Assembly: GCA_965203355.1 (NCBI GenBank) | Contig: OZ241889.1 | Location: forward strand, 832,001-896,000 | DNA from: Candidatus Latescibacterota bacterium | GTDB taxonomy: Bacteria > Latescibacterota > UBA2968 > UBA8231 | Reading direction: 5' to 3' | Length of the DNA: 64,000 bases | Part shown: one piece after another, positions 39,230 to 47,500 of the stretch | Layout of the letters: each line of letters starts with the position of its first letter | Numbering within the stretch: the stretch's first letter is position 1 | Program-made: the position numbers and the translations under genes | Notes under the pieces: model-generated | What the model was told of the DNA's origin: nothing | Databases searched by the model: none | What the model saw: the letters and a program-made list of their open reading frames with translations, nothing else

Positions 39230-41014
39230 ATGAGAACCTTTTCGAGACTTCTATGCCTTTGCCTCGTCTGCGCCGCGTTTACCGCGACTGGCGTTTGGGC
39301 TGAGCCCCCTGCCGACGATGGGGAGGTCGGCAGCCGGAAAATGCCTACGCCAGGTATGGGTGCTATTGTGGAGAGTTCGCCTAGTCTTACGCTACAGGCC
39401 ATGCAGGCGGAATTGACCCGCTCCTTCAGTCTGCTCCAAGAGCAGCCGGTCCCGCCCTACTACCTCAGCTACGAAATCACCGAGACCGAGGCGGTCCACG
39501 TTGGAGCTTCCTTTGGCGCACTGACCTACAGCAACAAATCGCGTCGTCGCCAGCTCGACATTGATCTGCGCGTAGGGGACTATGCTTTTGACAATACGCA
39601 TCAGGTGCGCGGCGTTCCTAGCGATTTCTCCGAACATTATTCAATGATCGAAGTTCCCATTGAGGACGATCCAGACGCCATCCGCAGCGTACTCTGGTAT
39701 CACACGGACAAAAAATACAAGCGCGCCATCGAACAACTGACTACGGTCAAGACCAACGTCCAAGTCAAGGTGGAAGAGGAAGACCAGTCGGACGATTTCT
39801 CCAAAGAGCCAGTCGAGCGCTACGTGGAAGCCCTCGCCTCCTTTGACATCTCCCCCGCCGAATGGGAGACCAAACTCAAAAAATACACAGCGCCCTTCGC
39901 CCCATACGGCGACATTTACGAAGCCGACGCCATGCTCTCGGCCCATGTCTTGACTCGCCAGTACGTCAACAGCGAGGGCAGCGAAATCCAGACCTCGCAG
40001 GTGCTCTATCGCCTGTTCATCTACGCCTTCACCAAGGCCGACGACGGCATGGAACTGCCGCGCTACGAATCCTTCTCGGCCTTTGCCCCGGAGGGCTTGC
40101 CCAGCGACGATGCGGTTCTCGTCTTGGTGGATCGCATGATCGACGACTTGGACGCCCTGCGCACGGCCCCGATAGTGGCTCCCTACACCGGTCCGGCGAT
40201 TCTCTCGGGCCGCGCCAGCGGCGTTCTGTTCCACGAAATTTTCGGCCACCGCATCGAGGGCCACCGCCAGAAGCGCGAGGACGATGGCCAGACCTTTAAG
40301 AAAAAAGTAGGCGAGCAAGTTCTACCCGAGACCTTCTCGGTTTACTTCGATCCCACCCAGACGAGCAGTGCCGACAAGGATCTGGTGGGAGCCTATGCGT
40401 ACGACAATCAAGGGGTTAAAGGGCAACGGGTGGCGGTCATCGAGAACGGGGTTTTCCGCCGTTTCCTCATGTCGCGTTCGCCGATTGAGAATTTCCCCAA
40501 CTCCAACGGCCACGGACGCAAGGAGCCGGGCTACACCCCGGTGGCGCGCCAGTCCAACCTCATCGTCGAGACTTCGGAGCCGCTGCCCCGAGATCAGCTC
40601 AAAGAAATGCTCATTGAACAGTGCCGCATGGAGGACAAGGAGTTCGGGCTCTACTTTGAGGACATCCAAGGGGGCTTCACCATCACGGGCCGCACCATAC
40701 CCAACGCCTTCAACGTGCTGCCCATCATGGTGTACCGCATTTACACCGATGGACGCGAAGAACTGGTGCGCGGCGTTGACCTGATCGGCACGCCGCTCAT
40801 CGCCTTCAGTCAGATCGCCGCGGCTGACGATCAGCCCGACGTGTTCAACGGCATCTGCGGTGCCGAGTCGGGAGGCGTACCCGTGTCGGCGGTCTCGCCT
40901 GGCATTTTCATCTCGCAGATTGAAGTGCAGAAGAAGGAGAAATCCCAAGAGCGCCGACCCATCCTCGAAGCCCCTTTTTCCGAGTCGGCTGAAGAAGCCG
41001 ACGGCCTCCTTTGA
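39230..41014 (+). CDS. TldD-like metalloprotease with signal peptide
   Basis: Signal peptide; FHEIFGHRIEG (HExxxH), YDNQGV, SNGHGR, RQSNL, CGAESG..PVS. Confidence 0.9.
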   Translation: MRTFSRLLCLCLVCAAFTATGVWAEPPADDGEVGSRKMPTPGMGAIVESSPSLTLQAMQAELTRSFSLLQEQPVPPYYLSYEITETEAVHVGASFGALTYSNKSRRRQLDIDLRVGDYAFDNTHQVRGVPSDFSEHYSMIEVPIEDDPDAIRSVLWYHTDKKYKRAIEQLTTVKTNVQVKVEEEDQSDDFSKEPVERYVEALASFDISPAEWETKLKKYTAPFAPYGDIYEADAMLSAHVLTRQYVNSEGSEIQTSQVLYRLFIYAFTKADDGMELPRYESFSAFAPEGLPSDDAVLVLVDRMIDDLDALRTAPIVAPYTGPAILSGRASGVLFHEIFGHRIEGHRQKREDDGQTFKKKVGEQVLPETFSVYFDPTQTSSADKDLVGAYAYDNQGVKGQRVAVIENGVFRRFLMSRSPIENFPNSNGHGRKEPGYTPVARQSNLIVETSEPLPRDQLKEMLIEQCRMEDKEFGLYFEDIQGGFTITGRTIPNAFNVLPIMVYRIYTDGREELVRGVDLIGTPLIAFSQIAAADDQPDVFNGICGAESGGVPVSAVSPGIFISQIEVQKKEKSQERRPILEAPFSESAEEADGLL

Positions 41015-41043
41015 GTCCTCTCCCATCTGGCAGGAGCTATCCC

Positions 41044-42801
41044 ATGTGCAAAAGGTCTTTTATCTGCGTTCTGATGATAGCGTTTTCCGCAGCCCACGCC
41101 GAAGACGACGTTTTGCAGCGCGCCCTGCGCGATGAATTGGTGCGCTCAATGCAGCAACTCCAGCTCGAAGAGCTAGAGCAGCCCTGTTTCATTTCTTACC
41201 TCGTGCGCGAAGTAAAGTCCAAGAGCAGTTCGGCGACCTTCGGCAGCTTGCTCAGCAGCGACGAGGTACACGTGCGCGAACTCAGCGTTGAAGTGCGGGT
41301 CGGCGACTACGCGCTCGACCATACTAGTTTCCGCCCGTTTTCCTTCGACGGTACGGGTGTGGTGCGGATGTATGGGGGCGTTATGCAACTGCCCCTTGAG
41401 GACGACTACGACGAGTTGCGGCGCAAGATCTGGTTGGCTACCGACGGTGCCTACAAGAAGGCACTCGAAGATTTGGCGAGGAATCGCGCTACTTTGAAGG
41501 ACAAACCCTGCACCGAGGGAATGCTCGATTTCAGCAAAGAGGAGCCAGCCACCCAAGTAGAAGAAATGGCGCCCGTCGTCTTGGAGCTCGACGCGCTGGG
41601 GCAGCGTATGCGCCAGCTCTCGGGCCTGTTCCGCGAGATGCCTGACATCTACACGTCGCGAGTCCGGATCAACGGGTCCAACACTTCGATCCGCTACCTC
41701 AATAGCGAAGGCTCTTCCTTCTCCCGCACGAGTTCGGCGTTGACCTTCACCGCGGTCGCCGCTACCCAAGCTGCCGATGGGATGCCGCTGGAGGATTTTG
41801 TCGCGGTGTACGCCCGTTCACCGGAAGACCTGCCCAGCGACAGCGAGCTGGCCGTGCGGATCCATGCCATGGGCGATCGTCTGAAGCAGCTACGCCAGGC
41901 ACCGCTGGTTGAGCGCTATACTGGCCCGGTGATTTTCTCGGGCCAAGCGGTTACGGAACTGTTCAACCAGGGATTTGTGCCGTCCCTGCTGGCGACGCGC
42001 CGAGTGCTGTTCGGCGATCCGCTATACGAATACTACCCGCAGAGGAAGGAAAATCCGTTCCTCGACAAAGTTGGCGTGCGCGTCCTGCCCGAATTTCTCA
42101 GCGTGCGTGCCGCGCCGCTCATGGATGCTTATAAAGATCAGCCCTTGTTCGGCGGCTACCGAGTTGATGACGAAGGCGTTCCGGCGCGCCCGGTTCACTT
42201 GGTGCAAGAGGGTGTTTTGGAGACCTTGCTGACGACGCGTACGCCTGTGCGCGGCATTGACCAGAGCACGGGCAGCCGCCGCGGTCCGGGCGTCGCTCCC
42301 AGCAACATTTTGGTCGAGGCGGAGAAGGGCCTGAGCGAAAAGGATATACGCAAGGAATTTTTCAAGCTGATCAAACGGCAGCAAAAACAGTACGGCTATG
42401 TCGTTACTCGTATTGCCAACTCGTCGTACGAGGTTGCTGACTCTGAGGTTATGTATTTTTTTCCCGACACCGACCCCGACGAGGGCAAGCTGGCAAACGC
42501 GATCTCCGTCTATAAAGTCTATCTCGATGGCCGCCAGGAACTAGTGCGTAACGCGGAATTTGCGGGCATTGGTCTCTACACTTTCAAGGACATTGTGAAG
42601 GTGTCCAATACGCATGAGGTCAACACTGTTCCCTTTCGCTCGGAGGACAATTTTTCGCCTTTTTACGGCGATCCGGGAAGCGAAATTCCCGTGAGTATTG
42701 TCGCACCTCGCATGGTCTTGTTTGAGGATATTACGCTCAAGCCGCCGAGCGGCGAGATTCCCAAAGCGCCCGTGTCCGTGCATCCCTATTTTGACCAGTG
42801 A
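41044..42801 (+). CDS. TldE/PmbA-like partner (no HExxxH) with signal peptide
   Basis: Paralogous to the upstream gene (RVGDY..D, YTGPV, DDEGV, SNI, ELVR); zinc motif absent. Confidence 0.85.
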   Translation: MCKRSFICVLMIAFSAAHAEDDVLQRALRDELVRSMQQLQLEELEQPCFISYLVREVKSKSSSATFGSLLSSDEVHVRELSVEVRVGDYALDHTSFRPFSFDGTGVVRMYGGVMQLPLEDDYDELRRKIWLATDGAYKKALEDLARNRATLKDKPCTEGMLDFSKEEPATQVEEMAPVVLELDALGQRMRQLSGLFREMPDIYTSRVRINGSNTSIRYLNSEGSSFSRTSSALTFTAVAATQAADGMPLEDFVAVYARSPEDLPSDSELAVRIHAMGDRLKQLRQAPLVERYTGPVIFSGQAVTELFNQGFVPSLLATRRVLFGDPLYEYYPQRKENPFLDKVGVRVLPEFLSVRAAPLMDAYKDQPLFGGYRVDDEGVPARPVHLVQEGVLETLLTTRTPVRGIDQSTGSRRGPGVAPSNILVEAEKGLSEKDIRKEFFKLIKRQQKQYGYVVTRIANSSYEVADSEVMYFFPDTDPDEGKLANAISVYKVYLDGRQELVRNAEFAGIGLYTFKDIVKVSNTHEVNTVPFRSEDNFSPFYGDPGSEIPVSIVAPRMVLFEDITLKPPSGEIPKAPVSVHPYFDQ

Positions 42802-43184
42802 GCAGGCCCGGAATGTTTATGCAGCGGTCCCAATTTATTAGAGGCACAACCACGATTTTTGGTGAGTGCGTCCGGGTCGGTGGAAAAACGCCTAAAGTAG
42901 CCCTCGCGTTGCCTAATCGAAGCCGACTTATTCGCTGTGAAACAACAAGAGAAATTGCGATTAGCCTGTCTCGTAGTCTATACAAAAATGTAGCTCTACA
43001 CGGACAAGCTCTGTGGGATTCTCGTACTTTGGAACTAGTCGAGTTCAAGGCGACACAAATCGCCAACCAGACATATTATTCGCCGGTGAAAGCCCTCGAA
43101 GAGATTTCTGAATTAGTAGGAGATCTATGGAAAGACACCGACGTCATTGACTTTGTTAATGAGATTCGTTCGGAAGGTACTTAG
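42798..43184 (+). CDS. Hypothetical protein, probably the C-terminal part of a longer gene
   Basis: 128-aa low-GC ORF whose GTG overlaps the previous stop. Confidence 0.5.
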   Translation: MSRPGMFMQRSQFIRGTTTIFGECVRVGGKTPKVALALPNRSRLIRCETTREIAISLSRSLYKNVALHGQALWDSRTLELVEFKATQIANQTYYSPVKALEEISELVGDLWKDTDVIDFVNEIRSEGT

Positions 43185-43240
43185 GTTGTGGTTTGTCTGG
43201 GGCATTAAAGAGGAAGCAACATCGGGCTGGGAAGGATTTT

Positions 43241-44548
43241 TTAGGCTGGGTTGAAGTCTTTTATCGTCAGTCCATCGTGTCTTTGGGCGGACAAGCCAAC
43301 GTTATTACACAGATCGAGGTTAAACAAGTTTAGGACGCGAATAATCTCGTCGCTGCTGCCAAGTGAGTATCTGGGAAATCGAGTGGAATCCATCGGGTTG
43401 CCTTGTAGGAAATCTATAGTTTGATCTGGCACAATTAGGAACGGCAAAGGCTCTCCGTAAATGTACACTTCCAACTCCAAAGCATATTCGGCGACCGGGG
43501 CTCCAGCATGATTCCTGAGTTTATCAATCCAGACCATCAAATTGGCAAACATGGTTATTAGCTCTCTGGCATATAGGTATCCTCCGGCGTGGCCCGGTTG
43601 AAATCGTAGCCAGCCTTCTGAACGGGAAGTAACCATACCTAGTTCAACGAGTCCGCTACAGTATATTTCTTGGTACGATTTTGTTGTCCCTCTTGCAATC
43701 TTTTCCATCCTTGCCCCGCGTAAAATCGGTCGGTACATCGGTTGCAAGCCGTACGTTGAAGAAGTTCTAAAGCCTCCACCTTCTAACTCGTAGGAATCAT
43801 CGCCTGAGTGTACCATAACGCTGTGCCAAGACAAATCATCGCTCAACGCCTTATGGCCGGGGTCAAACCATATTTCGTCGCCCAAAGGTGCAGCAGTTGC
43901 CCGGATGCCTATTGCATCCTGTTGCCAATTATCAAGGACATGGAATTCCTCCTTAAATCGTTTTGACCGTTCAGTAAGCAACGTATCGAGTTTTTCTGTT
44001 CCTCTTGCAAGATTGAGTACAAGGTCTTGGATTTCACGCATGGTCATTTTCTCGCATCGATCCGATCGTCGGATGGGACAAACAAGGCTAGGTTTGACGC
44101 GGTGTGGAGCCAGCCTTGAACGGCTAACACGAATTATGATGGCGCCGGCATCGCCTTGTGTTTCTATGTGGATGATTTCAATTCCCGGAATGTGTGGTTC
44201 TACGCAATCGCGGAATATCAACCCTAGGCGGTTTGCTAAGTCGGCGCAACGGGGAATGGGGGAAATTTTGTTGGCAACCCCCGGGCCATTTTCAGACTTT
44301 TCCTCGTCTATGCCCAGTATGAGAGCACCGCCGAAAGCGTTTGCAAAAGCGACAGATTCCTCAAGAATTTTGCTTTTCGCTTTCTTGCCTAGATTTCCAC
44401 TCTCATACCAAGAATCTTCTTGTCCCTTTTCTGCTGATAAATCCCTCTTGAATTCAATCCGCTCGTCTTCCTGTACACGCGAGTCAATCAATGCTTTCAG
44501 ATCATCAACGTCCAACTGGTAGGCAGGTTTGGTGAGTATGTCTATCAT
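43241..44548 (-). CDS. Schlafen/AlbA_2 domain protein
   Basis: QEDERIEFKR, AFANAFGGALILGIDE, PH.V....IRR...C..M; low GC. Confidence 0.88.
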   Translation of the reverse strand: MIDILTKPAYQLDVDDLKALIDSRVQEDERIEFKRDLSAEKGQEDSWYESGNLGKKAKSKILEESVAFANAFGGALILGIDEEKSENGPGVANKISPIPRCADLANRLGLIFRDCVEPHIPGIEIIHIETQGDAGAIIIRVSRSRLAPHRVKPSLVCPIRRSDRCEKMTMREIQDLVLNLARGTEKLDTLLTERSKRFKEEFHVLDNWQQDAIGIRATAAPLGDEIWFDPGHKALSDDLSWHSVMVHSGDDSYELEGGGFRTSSTYGLQPMYRPILRGARMEKIARGTTKSYQEIYCSGLVELGMVTSRSEGWLRFQPGHAGGYLYARELITMFANLMVWIDKLRNHAGAPVAEYALELEVYIYGEPLPFLIVPDQTIDFLQGNPMDSTRFPRYSLGSSDEIIRVLNLFNLDLCNNVGLSAQRHDGLTIKDFNPA

Positions 44549-44588
44549 GGGTCAGGTTTGTTCCTTTGTTGTCATTCTAGTTTCTCGG

Positions 44589-47500
44589 CTAGGAAACCGT
44601 GCGTCCAGCCATTTCAACCCACTCCGGTTCTGGCAAATCTCCGACGATGCGGTTGGTTTCCATGCTGACGCGGATGACGCAGGCGAGGAGTTTTAGCGGA
44701 TAGGATGGGTCGCCGATGGTTTCGGTGGCGTAGCAGTTGGCGTCGTTGACGATGCCGCTGGCTTTGTCGGTGGATACGGCCTGTCGATCCATGATCCATT
44801 TGAGGGCAGGTTTGCCGTTGACTTCGTAGTCCCAAGCGGCGGCGGGAATGTTGGTAACGGTAATGTTGCTGTTGTAGATGATCGTCGTGCGGTCGGGTGC
44901 TTTTTGGGAGCCGCCGAGTTTCATCTTTTGGACGCGGAAATAGGTTGTTGGATCGGTTCCGGCTGGCGCGTCCCAACTGCCGTTAGCAAATTCGAGCGGC
45001 CACGGGTCAACGCGGTCGAAGCCGACGTGTAGATCGCCTAATTCGCGTCCGGCCGCGGCGAGGGCGGTGAAGTGATCGGCGGCGGCGGCGAGCGGAATGC
45101 GCGGCAGTTCTTTGGCGAGATTGTTGGCGAAACGCTGGCGGTAGGATGGGAGGTGGAGCAGGCCGTAGATGTAGTGGAAAATGTCGCGTTTGGAAACGGC
45201 GTTTCCGTAAGCGGTGCGGAATTTGGCGAGTGCGTCGTCGGTGATGGCGTCTCGGCGGGTGTAGCCGTCGGTTGTGTCAGATTGTTGATTGAACAGGCCG
45301 GCGTCGTTGGTGGGTTTTTCGTAGAGGTAGAAAGGGAAGCATTGGGCTCCTGCTTCTAATAAGTTCAAATTGGGATGTCTATCAATCATCAGTACCGAGA
45401 AGGACCGTGAACCCACGCCTGTCACGCAGATCAGGCGATTTTCCACTCGGCTATGCGGGAAAATCTGCGGTATCTGATAAACCCGTTCGTTTAGACGCTG
45501 GCTGAAATATAGCCATTGTCGAGTGAATGGCCGGTAGATGGATGGTACGGTCTGTCCTTCGTCGAACTTCAACAATTTTCCACGGGCGAGCTCAGACTTG
45601 AGATTATCTGACCAACTAATTTTTTTGGGATCGTTGTTGATGAACCTGTTAATGAAGTCCTTACCGCTACTGGGACTTTCGGATTGAAACCGTTCGATCT
45701 CGGAATTATAGAAGCTGATCATTGACCGAATGTTCGCTTCGAGATTACTTGACGAAAAATTGCAACACCAAGCGTCGCGATTGGTGCCAACACCAAGTGA
45801 ATAGTTTACGAAAAATCGCGCTTTCGCTAGATCCGCTTCCTTTTTGCTTCCGATCACCGTAAAACGGACAAATTCCGTATCCCCTTGACCCAGCCAATCA
45901 TAATTTGCATCTGGCCTTATCCGAGTATAGCCATCCGATTGCGTGATACCGCGAATGCTACCGAATTGCCGGATCTTTTTGAGTTTCTCCTCTTGATCTA
46001 GGTAATCACCGATGTCGTGGAACAGAATACGCCCGTACTCTGTCGCCTCGGGATTTTTAACGAAGATAGTGATGGCGACTGGCGCACGAGATCCCGAGCC
46101 GAATACTTTGCCACCTTCTCGGCGAGATTGTTCACCCTGAGTCCGCTGATTACCCCGCAGATGGAATACGTAAAGGCTTGAGAACTCCTCGGCCAGACAC
46201 TTCCGCATTCCGTCCATCGAATTGCTATCAATCCAGCCCGCATTGGTCACGAATCCGATCACGCCGCTCTTGCCGATCCGATCACTCGCCCAACGAATGG
46301 CGCGAATGTAACTATCGTTTAGAAAGCGTTTTGTTTGAGCACGGGAATATCTTGCATAGCTTTCTTCGATGCGTCCATCCAATCCCGGATACTTCCTGTT
46401 TGCGGCGTTGTCATTCGCGCTTCGCTGCCCCGCCGACCACGGCGGATTCCCCACAATCACGCGAATATCCGTTTCTTTCTGTCGCGTCCGCCGCCCCGAA
46501 TTATCCGGCATGATCTGCGCCAGCAAATCGTCGCCTTCCTGCATTTCAAAGGTGTCGGTCAAACAAATGCCTTCAAACGGTTTGTAGTCCCCGCCAGCCA
46601 CATCGTGATAGGCCGTTTCGATATTCACCGCCGCAATGTAATAGGCCAGCAAAACGATCTCATTAGCGTGAATTTCGTGCGCGTACTTGCGCGGCAAATC
46701 CTCGGGCGCAATCAAACCCTGCTGCAACAGCCGCGTAACAAATGTGCCCGTGCCCGTGAATGGATCGAGAATGTGAACGCCCGCAGAACCCAACGTTTGG
46801 CCGAACTCGTCCTGCAAAACATCGTTCACCGAGCGAATGATGAAATCGACAATTTCCACGGGCGTATAAACGATACCCAACCGCTGCGTCGTACTGGGAA
46901 AAGCGGTGCGGAAGAACTTGTCGTATAGCTCGACGACGATCTTCTGCTTGGCCTCGTCCGTCGCCGCCCCGGCAACCCGCCGCCGGACGCTGGCGTAAAA
47001 CTCGTCGAGATTAGCCGTTTCCGCGCTGATATTCGCTGGCTTGAGCACATCCAACACATCTTGGATGCCTTGGCTAACCGGATTGCGCGAAACGAACTCG
47101 GCATCGCCAAACAGCGCGTCAAACACCGGCCCGGAGACCAAATGCTGCGCCAGCATTTCAATCGCGTCCGCGTCGGTGATGCCCTCGTTTAGATCGTCGC
47201 GCAACTCGGAGACGAACTCTTGGAAAATCTCCCGCTCGGCGTCGCCGGATTCAACGAGAGCCGCGATGCGCTCAATATGCCGCCGGGCAATGTCCGCCAC
47301 ATCGCCAGCCCATTCGTCCCAATACTTCCGGTCGCCGCATTTCTCAACGATTTTCGCCCGAATCGCCGCCGGCAATCCGTCGAACAAGGTCTGTTGCCGA
47401 TCCTCCGGTTGGATGCTCATTGCATCGGGATCCATCGCGGCCCCGCGCCCAATGCCCGGCCCATCCCCGGCCTGAGTCGCGGCTGGCCCCCAATCGGCTA

